A DNA stretch of 62,906 nucleotides, counting the filler, from Octopus bimaculoides (Eukaryota), in assembly GCF_001194135.2 (NCBI RefSeq). It is 4 parts of 4 records of this genome, joined end to end, with 100 filler letters (N's around TTAATTAATTAA, not from the genome) between each part and the next. Parts side by side here need not be neighbours in the genome. Positions count along the whole stretch, not along the records: positions 1 to 28,779 come from NC_068999.1; 3 more parts are not named here. The stretch is one strand, 5' to 3'. Both the position numbers and the translations under genes were made by a program. Shown here piece by piece: positions 1-12,767 of this stretch. The first letter of the stretch is position 1. Every line of letters begins with the position of its first letter. Below the pieces are notes generated by a model. The model was given only the letters and a program-made list of their open reading frames with translations. It made no database searches and had not been told where the DNA came from.

Positions 1-49
<49 letters not shown>

Positions 50-913
50 ATATATCTATATACTGACACACTCTCATACTCATACACACGCACACACGTA
101 TATATCTTAGTGATAAACATGCTGGCTATTGTTCTTGTGTAGTGGCAAGATCATTAGACGCATTCACTATACGCAAAACGTCTTCAAGAAAGTATTGCCA
201 GAATCTCGAGTTTACGACCAGCCTATGCTTACAAGCGTGAACCCTAACCTAGATGACATCAGCGGCCTCAGTTACATTTTTGGAGTCTTCCATATTGTCC
301 ATCTACGCCGTTTCATCGTACCCTGGACGACTTCTATGCATCTAACAACATGACATATATAACTCTTTAAGAATGTTCTTTGTGTTGTATGTTAAAGATC
401 TGTTCTCATGTTTCACCTTCCGCTATAATTTGAATTGTACCTGTTGTTGAATAGCAAATTAATAAGTTGTTGCACACTGCTGAAATATCTCCACTTCTCG
501 TTAAAGGCTGTTATATCCTCAGATGATTTATCTATTTGCATATTTATATATTTACATATTTGACTCTTTCACAATCCACCAATTTTATGTTGGCAACTTT
601 AGGTAATGTACTGTCGTTTTTCGTTTATCACGTCTATCTTGTTCATATTTTGAATGTTTAGCATTCACAAGGTCAGACTAGCGGACGTTCTAAAGCAATT
701 TGTAAATAAATAAATACATAAATAAATCGATAAATAAATAAATAAATAGATAATAAACTAGTGTTCTTATCTAATAAACTAGTGTTCTTATCTAAGTATA
801 TATATACTCATGCAATTATATAACCATGTATAATTGCATACATACCAACACTCTCAAATAAAGACACTAGCTAAAGACGTATATTTCTTATGCCTTTTTA
901 TTTCAAAAGTAAT

Positions 914-942
914 ATTATAATAATGATAATGATAATACTAAT

Positions 943-1030
<88 letters not shown>

Positions 1031-1115
1031 TTGATGATGATGATGATGATGATGATAATAATGATAATAAAAATAATATTGATAATAATAATCATAATAA
1101 TAATAACAATAATAA
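914..1115 (+). repeat. (AAT)n/(GAT)n compound microsatellite
   Basis: Direct reading. Confidence 0.95.
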
Positions 1116-1952
1116 TTGTATATATGTATATATAAATATATATACGTGTATAAATATATATATGTATATATATATATAGGAGAGTATTGTAGTTCGCTTG
1201 AAGCATTGTGCATTGTTTGTAAAGAATAAAAAGTTTTGAATGGTACAACAATGCACTATAATTCAAACAATGGGCTATAATGGTCTGATATGATATTTCG
1301 GAATAAAATTCCTTCTTCAGATATTCTTAGATGGAGTCGCTGCTATAATCGGTTTTCCAACGGCTTTTCTTTTTCATTATTTTTTTGAAGCGTCTCAGCA
1401 GTGGTCTAACGAAACACTTTCCGGAATTCCTCATGAGAAGTGCGTGAGGTCGGCTATGTCTCAATCTTGTGCGTGCTAGTATATTTTGGATTTTTATTCA
1501 CTTACACAGCAACCCCAGATGCTGACTGTGAACTTTCAAATACTTCGTGTCAGCTTATCGAACACGGATATGAGAAAACTTTGCAACATTCAACGTCAAT
1601 AAGCCACTATTGGTCCTAAAAACTGTGTTCTATACCTTTTACGGACTATTCGAAGCTTATTTACTTCCTACACCTTGATCCTTGGATCTTACATTTATAA
1701 ATATATACATACATATATAAATATAAATGCATATAAATGAGGAAAGTACTCTCATTTATTTCGAAACATGTGTAGGAATTAAAGGAACTTTTATTGACAT
1801 GCGTTTTGCTCCATTTATTATTATCCACATATATATATATATATGTATATTTATGTTAGTATATATATATATATATATATATATTTGTATATGTACATAT
1901 ATCTATATGCATATGTAGATATGTAAAGGTAAGATCCAAGAATATTTGTGTG

Positions 1953-2025
<73 letters not shown>

Positions 2026-3954
2026 GTGTGTGTGTGTGTGTATGTGTCATTGGGTGGTTTAGAATGGCAGGTGCTTAGATCCGATTAAATTATATCATTC
2101 TTACACAAATGTCTTCTCGGATATGACGATTGTCTCTTATTAGTTAATTTTACCTGATGTTCTCGTAACTATTCCCAAGGTCGGAATGAAGTGAGGAAAC
2201 GCAATGGACGATAGAGTGTTCTGTTTAAAGTCAGAAGGAAACACCTGCCTCGTACTTGAACTCATGACCTGCACTGAAGCACCAAAATTGTTTATCCGCT
2301 CGACCATATTACCTTCGTAATAAATACGTGGAGGTTATCGCTGTATAACAATAAAGAACGACCCTTCATAATTATTGCATCCTATATTTTCTCAAAGTGA
2401 TTGATATATGTGATTTAAACAGCTATATCATGTGAATGCTTATAATGCCTAATATTCCGCAAAGACTGCAGTTCCTAGTGCATCACTGGTACAGCAGCAA
2501 TTATACACTGTTCTTGCTACATACTATCGTTTCAAAAACATCCGTAGGAATACAGCAAATGTTAGTGAGATGAATTGGCTAAAGATTTGTAATTTGTTAG
2601 TGTGAAATAGCTGCCCTGTGATGAATCTTAAGTGACAGATTTGTATAATTTATTACAGGAGTTCTTACTTTTTGAGTTTTTTTTTATTAACTGGTGAATA
2701 TCTATCCAGTAAAAAGTCAAAGAATTTCAACGAGCAGTTTTATGAAAAAAAATTCTCTTGAATACAACAGACATACCAGCCAGATAAAACAAGAGGTTTT
2801 GTGATCTTCCGACTATCGGATAACAGTGAGCAAATTCGATTGGACATCAGTCCAGTCTCCACCTTCTCCACGATATTTGGAAGCTTAGAGTAGCTTGTAC
2901 CACTTCAATATATATACGTATATGTATATGTATATATATATGTATATATATATATATATATATNNNNNNNNNNNNNNNNNNNNNNNNNNNNNNNNNNNNN
3001 NNNNNNNNNNNNNNNNNNNNNNNNNNNNNNNNNNNNNNNNNNNNNNNNNNNNNNNNNNNNNNNNNNNNNNNNNNNNNNNNNNNNNNNNNNNNNNNNNNNN
3101 NNNNNNNNNNNNNNNNNNNNNNNNNNNNNNNNNNNNNNNNNNNNNNNNNNNNNNNNNNNNNNNNNNNNNNNNNNNNNNNNNNNNNNNNNNNNNNNNNNNN
3201 NNNNNNNNNNNNNNNNNNNNNNNNNNNNNNNNNNNNNNNNNNNNNNNNNNNNNNNNNNNNNNNNNNNNNNNNNNNNNNNNNNNNNNNNNNNNNNNNNNNN
3301 NNNNNNNNNNNNNNNNNNNNNNNNNNNNNNNNNNNNNNNNNNNNNNNNNNNNNNNNNNNNNNNNNNNNNNNNNNNNNNNNNNNNNNNNNNNGTATGTATA
3401 TATATATGTACGTATATCGTTTGAGTAAATTTACAACAGGGTCAAGTTTTCACGTTTTTTATTATTGTATTTTTAAAAATGTGACTATGTTGAAATGTGT
3501 TAAACAGTAAAAAATATATTTAATTAATGTTCAAATAGTTCAATTAGCAGGCTAATCATCATCATCATCAGCGTTTTCTGAGGTGCGGTCATATCATTAA
3601 TAAAAATGTGTATGTGTGTGTTTTGTTCATATACACTTACACATATATTGATATGTATGTTGGTGTATGAAAGGGCATAAACATAAAGCTGTCTACAGCG
3701 TTAATGTCTACACAAATGACACTAGATCTCCCTATTACAATGTGACAGCAACAAAACCCACTTCAAAACTTCACTTCAAACTGAAGATGCGACTGCGAAG
3801 GTCTAGAAATGATGTTTATGGTTTTAGGAACTAACTGCACATACGAAAACGTGGACAATCATTGCTACATTATAACAGTCTATGTTATGTTTCTTTCACT
3901 CCTTTTATCACTCACTCATTCGCTCATATGTTCTCTCGTTCAAAACACACACAC

Positions 3955-4237
3955 ATATATATATAGAAGGACATATTTGCAGATACCTTTTATCGCCAGA
4001 GGCATTAACTAAAACGAGTTGCCATTCTCCACAGGCTTGCTATAGCTTCGAAAACTAAAATAAAATATATATTTACATATATATCTAAACAAGTATAGAT
4101 AAATGTGTGTGTATATATACATATATATATAGAAGGACATATTTGCAGATACCTTTTATCGCCAGAGGCATTAACTAAAACGAGTTGCCATTCTCCACAG
4201 GCTTGCTATAGCTTCGAAAACTAAAATAAAATATATA
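3955..4237 (+). repeat. Exact direct duplication of ~117 bp (period 166 bp) running into a gap
   Basis: 3955-4071 and 4121-4237 are identical (atagaaggacatatttgcagatacc...aaaactaaaataaaatatat). Confidence 0.9.
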
Positions 4238-4844
4238 NNNNNNNNNNNNNNNNNNNNNNNNNNNNNNNNNNNNNNNNNNNNNNNNNNNNNNNNNNNNNNN
4301 NNNNNNNNNNNNNNNNNNNNNNNNNNNNNNNNNNNNNNNNNNNNNNNNNNNNNNNNNNNNNNNNNTATATATATATATATATATATGCATGTATATATGT
4401 ATATATATATATGTATATATATGTTCCTACCCAGACACGTACGTGCATATTTGTATATGTGAGTTTTCAATAAATAACATGCGATGATACGCAATACAAC
4501 ATATAATGTAACAATTAAATAAATAAAGCAAAAACAAAACAAAAAATACACGTATATTACCATTGACTTGTGTGCTTATTTCTTTATTTATTGTAATGTT
4601 TTACTATGTACTCCACAAGTATATTATTTTCATTTTTTGCAAGAAAATATAATGTTCGTCTTGACAGACGTACAAACGTACAAACGTAGAAGGTTGTCAT
4701 ATTCTTAGAAATATCGATTTTGTTAACATTTCACAGCCTGCAGAGCAGCATTGAGTCAAAGGAACGGGAGGCATCGATTAAATCAACCACGCCACTCATC
4801 ACCCTTGCAACATACATACATACATACAAACATACATACACACA

Positions 4845-4884
<40 letters not shown>

Positions 4885-5121
4885 GAATGACGTAGAGGAA
4901 AGCCATATTTGTTGTTATTGATGCTATTGATAATTTTAGTCGTGGTGGCCATGCTGGTATCGCAGTTGTTGTTTATCGTCTTTCCTCTTTTCATATTCTT
5001 CTTCTTGTTCTTACTGCTGTTTATTTTGCTGTTCTGGTTGTTAAAATCATCATCATCATCATCATCTTCTTCTTTATCTTCTTCTTCTTCCTCTTCTTCT
5101 TCCACTTCTTCTTCTTCTTAG

Positions 5122-5163
<42 letters not shown>

Positions 5164-5706
5164 TGCAACAACAAAATTTTGGACAGTGTACAGGACAACA
5201 AAATAAGCGAGGCAACAAAATTTAAGCCATAATAAAAGCGTCTGCGCTCGCTTGTTTCACCAAACGAATGGATGAAGTGAGTTTTCTCATTGAGAAACAG
5301 AGAAAATGCAGTCATACAACTGATCCCTAACAATAAAGCAAACTGGGAAAACTAGGATACTGCTCCCTTACTTTCCATAGCGGTACCCCTAGATTTAGAA
5401 AATATCGTTATAAGAAAATTCAAAAAGAACTCGGGAAATTCACTGGATGGAACGTTGGAGTTACTAACTCATTTTTTTAAATCTCAAAACAAGAACAAAG
5501 AATAAAAATGAATTTCAAAAGAATAACAAAGAAAATAAACCAAAGAAAATGGTCCAATAATTCTTGAGGAAGATAAAAGTCGAAAGAAAAAACAAATTCA
5601 ATGCCAAAAAACAAAAACAAGAAAAAGAACCAGAAATAATGGTGATGATATACATAAACACAATCTTGTGTGTATGTGTATGGATAATATATGTAACACA
5701 TGTCTT

Positions 5707-5819
5707 TGTAGTAAGAAACTTGCTTGCCGACTAGATGGTTCCAGGTTCAATCCCACTACGTGATACATTTGACAAGTGATTTTGCTCTACCCTCGGGCCG
5801 ACTTGTGAGTGGATTTGGG
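5707..5819 (+). mobile_element. tRNA-derived SINE family B, 5' part
   Basis: gtagtaagaaacttgcttgccgactagatggttccaggttcaatcccactacgtg...cctcgggccgacttgtgagtggatttgg, with B box GGTTCAATCCC. The same head appears reversed at 6636-6674 and 24553-24638. Confidence 0.65.
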
Positions 5820-6592
5820 AGAAAATAAGAGATAAACTAACTCAAAACTACAAACGCACTTTCTAAAGTGACTGAAAGTCCCCAGCGATCGCGATTTCGG
5901 ATTTTGATGTAGAACATCTTAACCTTCATTAACGCCTAATGTTAAACTTAACTACCTCTGTCAGTCTTATAAGCAAAACCATTGAATACGTGTGCTGATC
6001 TCCGAAACGACAAAAGTGTAAAAAAACACATTTAAAAGGGTGGCTTATTTGCAATTAGAAACTAAGACGTTTATAGCTTTGAGTTAGTTTGTCTCTTATT
6101 TTTAGCAAAAGCGGTGCTAGTCAGTACCCTCTATTACTTTAGTAACCTCTCTTTGTAAAGTGCTTGTAAAACCAGAAGATGAGTCAGAAATTTGGGGTCT
6201 TTTAACTATGACCCAAAACTTAATGTGTTTTGAAAGAGTTCGTCTTATAAATACTGTGCTGAATGTTTTGAATCAAATGACAATAAACGAGGGAAAGTTA
6301 AGAGCGTCTTCTCTCACACTAGCGAATTTCATTTAAAATATGTTTGTTCCACAGCATGCACAAACAGTAGTGTTAATGTCAAAGCTGAGGCATGGCGTCC
6401 CTGACAAGAAATATGCATTTGTTTTTCATGATGTCTACAATAGTATTTTTGGTAACTGCATTGAAGAAATCGAAGATCTCTTTATTGGACGTAATACAAA
6501 TACATTTGCAATAATAGAAGCTTTGTCTCCTGTATCAGAAGCATTCTCAGAAGTTTCACATTTATCTCCTATTTGTGAACTTGTAAATATAC

Positions 6593-6674
6593 TCTTTACT
6601 TGTTTCAGTCATTTGACTGCGGCCATGCTGGAGCACACGCAGTGGGACTGAACCGGGAACCATGTGGTTGGTAA
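6593..6674 (-). mobile_element. SINE family B, head fused directly to tail (internal deletion)
   Basis: tgtttcagtcatttgactgcggccatgctggagcac (tail, matches 23850-23890 reversed) joins acgcagtgggactgaaccgggaaccatgtggttggtaa (head). Confidence 0.75.
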
Positions 6675-7497
6675 TCATTTTACTACAAATTAGGCCTTCC
6701 CAAACGTTACGCTTTTTAAATCATTACATTTAAGAAGTGGTCAGATANNNNNNNNNNNNNNNNNNNNNNNNNNNNNNNNNNNNNNNNNNNNNNNNNNNNN
6801 NNNNNNNNNNNNNNNNNNNNNNNNNNNNNNNNNNNNNNNNNNNNNNNNNNNNNNNNNNNNNNNNNNNNNNNNNNNNNNNNNNNNNNNNNNNNNNNNNNNN
6901 TTTAAGGCTATTTTTTCATGTATCTACAAACTGTATCCCGAATCCCTCACATTCGCTGCAAGCGAAGCGCCTTCCGAGTCATTTTTCCCTACACTGACTC
7001 AAACTTTCATTCTATTTTTGCTCTATGAAGCATCAACGATAGACTAATCATATTATTTTGCATTCATAGATAGCTACAAGAAAAGACTAAATTTGAAACG
7101 TTTTTCAATATTTATGTTCTAAGTCAAGAAGATTTCAATTCATTTAGTGTATTTCTGATAAATGGTATATTACTATTACTTATTACTTCTTAAATTGGTT
7201 TTCAATAATTTTATAAATTTCTAATAATTTGCTTGCTCATATATTGATTAAAATAATATTATTCTAAATGTTAAGTCATAAAATGAAACATTTGACTAAA
7301 AATTAATATACTATGATATACAACCATTCTCATTTGGCATTATAATTCGCAATATATCTAAAGCGGACTTTCAAAGTTCACCACAAATGTTACGGAGCCT
7401 TATGCATTTGAATTTTATTTTGGAAAATTTCTTCAGTTTTTTGTTTGAAATGGGCAACATATAATTATGTAAAACAAACAAATTCATCCTTTCACCG

Positions 7498-7610
7498 TTT
7501 AACCTTAAACTTAAACGCTAAGCCTAACCCTAAAACTAGCTCTAAATCCTATCGCTGTCCTAAACCAAAGCCTAACATTAAAACTCAAACCGATAAACTC
7601 TAACCTCTAA
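7498..7610 (+). repeat. Degenerate (CCTAAC/CCTAAA)n hexamer run
   Basis: aaccttaaacttaaacgctaagcctaaccctaaaactagctctaaatcct...cctaaaccaaagcctaac...ctctaacctctaac. Confidence 0.55.
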
Positions 7611-8844
7611 CAAGTTACTACTTATTCGCATAATCAGAACCAAAGAAAATTGGTCGGGGATGGAAAAAAAGGTTAACAATTTTTGTGCGTAATCATCAAA
7701 CATGATAAACTTAAAGCAGTTTGCGTGCGCTGAAACAGAGATGGGAGTCAGGGATGTGGGAGCTTTAAACACGTGGATATTTGGAAAGAAAAGTCTTCTG
7801 GTAGATTCGTAATTGATATTTAAAGATAATATTTCAAGAATTTTCCGTATGAAACTCTGCCTTGGAATTATTGCGAATTAGATCACCCAGAATATTCTGA
7901 AGTCCCCCACTTGTTTGAGCAACAAATCCTCTCTCCAACTGAGCCCTGATGTAGGTGCAGCAAAAGCTCTGGGATTGGAATTGAGTGGAAAAAATTCCCA
8001 GTTGTTTTTACACTTGTGAAGAGCTCGGTACCGCAGTCTTCATCAGAGAAGTAACAATATTTTGTTAATTTATAATTTTGGGGGGACAATTACGCAGTGA
8101 TTCAATTTGATTTCGCCAAACAAGATGATTTAGAGTATCTTGTCATTATTCGACTTTCCACTATTCATTCCAATAATTTTACAATCATTATTAAATGCTG
8201 TAGCTCATTCTTAATATCATTGTTTAAGAAAATATTTCACTAAGTTGCGAATGAATATACATTCATCGTCATTTTTGACAAGGTAATTACTTTGTTTTCT
8301 TTTGAGAGGAAACAGACACTACCACACAATGTAATGTATCTGAGTTTCATGTATTTTTTATCTTTTATTTTTTTAATTTTTTTAACGCTTTAATAAATGT
8401 TTCTACCACAATTTTATTGTTACATTTTTTCTCTTCTTGTTACGCTTAAATAAATTTTGCACAACAAATTGTTTCTTAATTCATATTTAAACAACTTTCC
8501 GAGACAGAATTGGAAGTATCTCCCACAGTAAAATAAATAGAAGGATTTTCTCGTTCGAAAAAAAAAAGAAAAAAGAAAAAAAGAAGCTAATAAAATCAAG
8601 AAAAATATAAAAAGATACATGAAAAAATTGCACCGATTTCTTTCCTTCATTTAGTGTTGAAATTAATCCACTTGAGGGAAATGGATTTTAGATATTTAAG
8701 ACTTCTAGCTTTACTGCGTGACTGAAAATGATCATCCATCACATGGTTAATTATACATTATCTCTGCTAAGGAAGCTATAGTATACCAGTATATCAAGAT
8801 TTTAAATATCTGCTTAATATGATCAACGCACCAATATATAAATC

Positions 8845-9238
8845 GTTAGTCTGCCCTTGAGTATAATACGCAGGTGATTTTTAGGGGACTGTACCTCTGA
8901 AAAGCCTAAACCATGTGTATAATGCGCACCCCTTCTCTAACTTGAGTCAAGGAGGTCTATATAACGTCCTTGGTTTGTAAACATATATACGGTAACGTCC
9001 TTTATTGTTATTGTATATATAACATAATGCAAACGTGTAGCTTTTTTGTGCAGTTTGCAGAAAATAAAGAAATAACAGTAATAACGTCAGTGAAAAATAA
9101 ATATTAAGTAAATTGCCTTTACATATTTATCACTTAGAAAATTTTGCTTATAAAATATTTTTCATCTTTAACCTCGTATATAGTACGCACTAGAAATTTT
9201 GGGGGAAAAGTGCGGATTATACTCGAGAATTTACGGTA
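8845..9238. mobile_element. Possible pogo/Tigger-like MITE(s)
   Basis: ttgagtataatacgcag near the left end, gtataatgcgcacccc inside, and gtgcggattatactcgagaatttacggta at the right end resemble TACCGTA...GTATAATACGCAC termini. Confidence 0.35.
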
Positions 9239-12185
9239 ATTGCACGTAGAGATTGTGTTGGAAAATTCCTTATATGAAAAAAGTCGAAGATTGACTAATG
9301 TACTGGAACTCACATCTGTAAAAGCTGCTGAACCCACATCTGTAAAAGCTGTTCCTCGATTGTACCAGCGTAATTCATAGAATTTCTACATCGATTTTAG
9401 AAGCTTTGTTCATGCCAGCAAGAACTCTATGTTGCATATGTCATGAGAATCTCGAAATTTCAAGAGAGAGGAAATATAACATTTTTAACATTGGAACTCG
9501 TAGATAAATCTATAAATAATATCCTCTAAATATTGGGATGAAAATACCTTGGATAGAAAAGTCGAAAGCTACTATTATTTATAATTTATCATCTTAAAGT
9601 TCCACAGTTAAAAATGATTTATTTCATATCTCCCAAAGTTTCTAAATTTGCATGGCGTAAACAAGAATTTTTTTCACAATTTGATCTGTGTAAAAATATG
9701 CGGTTAATTGAATTTCAAGAAAAGTTACTTGCACTAAAAAAATTTTTTTTTTCCGATATGTATAGACTACACTTCACTAGACGCATTGACATCAGTTGGT
9801 ACAATAATCTTGCCAATAGAAAACTGATGCTATGTACATTAGTTAAAATGGTACCCGTTCTGAAAACAAGGACATCATAATATATCGAATAAAATGTGTC
9901 ACCCACAAAGAATTCGCATTTGTCTTCTCGTCTTAGTCCAATGCAAAACACTCAACTGAATGATTCAACTTGGAATGTTTTAATTAATTCGTTTTACGCG
10001 AGGTGAAAAAAGTACTAACTTTCTGACCACATAATAGCCTTTTAATTTTAAGACATGAACCAGTTCTAATTTCAAATTTTTATGGAAGTTTGTTCGATTG
10101 GAATGGAAGAAAAGAGGGATGCAAGTACATCGTGAAAGTTCCGCTATTCGCTGTACATATACAGAAGGTAGAGGAGTTGGATAGTGTAAGACACTCTGTC
10201 CGGTGCTTTTCTAGTGATTGCTAGGCTTTCTTGGTGTAGCACAATGCAATGTTGTTTTTTTTTCTCTAAATCAGGCATCACGTTGACTCTTCTTAGAATA
10301 CGGTACTACAGGACACCATGTGAGAGATATTGTATTTGTGGCTAGGAGAAGTGTGTGGAATGGAAATAACACTCGTGACCATTTTCAGAGTCTCATTGGG
10401 AGGTGGTAAGAAGAAAGGAAGTTATTCACGGACAGATATAGTCTTAATATTTACAAGGGAGAGGTTTCCAATAAAGACTCCCAAGGGCTAGGTGATAACT
10501 TTAAACCAGGTGAATATGAAGTGTCTACCCGACATAAGTTCGAATTGGGTTTATCTCATAAGACATTGGTTGACACAGGTCTTTAGTAAATCATGATTTC
10601 ACAAGGTTCCATGCAGTGTGCTCGAAACAGGCCCCATGCAATCATGAAGTGAATTCAACAAAAACGAGAAAATATTGCACCCATCAAGATAGAAAACACG
10701 GGAAATACATGTTGGGAATGAATCAGGCTTATGCAGTGAGCCATTAATTTCATCTGAAGGAAATTACCTCATTTGTTAAACAGATAATTATTTCTCCATA
10801 TCAAATACTTTTGCGCATCGCTAACACCTTAGTAGCACCTTGCTTAATATTTGAGATGTACAAGCAATTATTGTTATATAATCGTTTGAGAGCCACCCTC
10901 ATAGCAAGTTATAAAGGCCCGTTTAGCACGCCCACTGAACAATTTACATTCGATATTTCAACACGCACAAACATTTGGCTATTATACAAAGAATAAGCAA
11001 CCTGTAGAGGTAACTTATTGTTACCTTCATCATATGTATTTATATTTACGTAAACTGGATCATTGAAAGTGAAACACCTTTTTCCACAAAGACACAATGC
11101 CGCACTGCATTCTAACAATCTCACCATATTCTTAAGATAAAAGTTGAAGAACATTCCTGTGTAGGTTTTGTTACTCAATTTTGAATTTACCTCGTTTCAC
11201 AAACATGAAGGTTATGGTGTGAAAGGAATTCTATAATATGTGCAGGCATTATCTGCAAAATAGTTTTAGACATTTACAAGAATGCTAGTAGACAATTGCA
11301 CACAGTAGGTGAAACGTTAAAACACTTGACGCGCTCGTTTGAAAGCTGTAAATTCTGTCTGATATCGAGATAAGAAATATAATTATATATTCCATCGTAC
11401 TCTCCTATGTAGGAATAATAATAATAATATTAATAATATATAATGTTTCGAAATTAATGCAAACATTATCAAGATATTAATTTATATCTAAATAATCAAT
11501 TTTTCTACCTGCTTTGTAATTATATCGCTATCCACTGAAATCGTTTAGATTTAGAATGCTGCACAAACAACCGCACAAGCACGCACAAACACACACAAAT
11601 AAACACATACATACATACACATACTTATAAAGACACACGCATGCACTCTGAAAAAGAAAAACAAAATGGAGGAAGTTATATCTTTGTACAAGCAAACGTT
11701 TGGCATTAATTAGTCCCCTTGGTGAACTAAACTAAATTATAGAAGTTTTGGAATCAATACTAAATGCGATTTTGTTACCCATCATTCTACTTGAACGATT
11801 GCAAACGTAATTCCATTAAAAATATATTAATTCTGTATCTACTATTCAATTATTAAGTTATACAAATATTTGAATGTATGTCTATCTTTTTCTCCATTTC
11901 TTTCTCTCCCTCTCTCTTTATATATGTGTGTGCTTGCATGTAACTATGTGTGTGAATGTGTGCTTGTGTGCGTTTGTGTATGTACCTGTGGTGTCTGGAA
12001 ACCTGTAAAATAGTGAAAGAGTAGTTTAAAGTAGCATGATGCATATGAAGCATTGTGGGGCGGAAGCACACGTGTTAGAAATTCGTTATAATGCAAGATA
12101 GAACGTAAAAAGGAAGACAAATGCTGAGTAAAAATGAAGGTTTGCTCTTTTCATTTTTTACGACATGCTAGCTTTAACAAATCTA

Positions 12186-12230
12186 GCGGTGAGCTGGCAG
12201 AATCGTTAGCACACCGGATAAAATGCTTTA
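12186..12230 (+). mobile_element. SINE family A head, truncated by the palindromic element
   Basis: gcggtgagctggcagaatcgttagcacaccggataaaatgctt matches the family A 5' end and stops at the palindrome boundary. Confidence 0.7.
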
Positions 12231-12278
12231 TACATTATTTACATTCGACGGATATTTGTCCTCATCTTGTTTGTTGTT

Positions 12279-12324
12279 AACACAACGTTTCGACTGATAT
12301 ACCCTCCAGCCTTCTTCAGGTGTC
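12279..12324 (-). ncRNA. Minimal type I hammerhead ribozyme motif (left arm)
   Basis: Minus strand reads GACAC-CUGAAGA-A-GGCUG(gagggtatat)CAGUC-GAAA-C-GUU-GUGUU. Same fold as the right arm with one G-U wobble in stem II. Confidence 0.65.
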
Positions 12325-12398
12325 TGGGAGAAATTTCGAACCTGGGTTCTCATTTCTAAGGAATTTTTTCGATGTTATTATTGTTGTTGTCATTATTA

Positions 12399-12469
<71 letters not shown>

Positions 12470-12721
12470 CAGGTCACTGCTTGGAATCGAACTCGGAATC
12501 TTGAGGTCAGTAGCTCGCGCTCTTAACCACTACGCCATATGCCTGTGTGCATATGGCGTAGTGGTTAACCCCAAGATTCTGAGTTCGATTCCAAGCAGTG
12601 ACCTGAACAATAACAACAACAACAACAACGATAACAACAACAACAACAATAACAACAATAATAATAATATCATCGAAAAGATACCTTAGGAATGAGAACA
12701 CAGATTCGAAATTTCCCCCAA

Positions 12722-12767
12722 GACACCTGAAGAAGGCTGAAGGTTATATCAGCCGAAACGTTGTGTT
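12722..12767 (+). ncRNA. Minimal type I hammerhead ribozyme motif (right arm)
   Basis: GACAC-CUGAAGA-A-GGCUGA(aggttata)UCAGCC-GAAA-C-GUU-GUGUU. Stem I is GACAC/GUGUU, the core is CUGANGA plus GAAA, stem II is 6 bp, stem III is the palindromic AACGUU, and the predicted cleavage is after GUU. Folded by eye; activity not shown. Confidence 0.7.

Noticed and set aside
3781-3812. CTGAAGA...GAAA as another hammerhead
   Set aside because: Stem II is only 3 bp and offset, and no stem I or III partners are evident.
7498-7610. Interstitial telomere or chromosome-fusion scar
   Set aside because: Too degenerate and short; such hexamer runs also occur inside transposons.
8005-8048. Minus-strand CTGATGA followed by a hairpin
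   Set aside because: No GAAA follows the stem, so the hammerhead core is incomplete.
12483-12592. Possible true tRNA gene
   Set aside because: A and B boxes are present but there is no acceptor stem and the 3' side continues into microsatellite; it is a SINE-type head.
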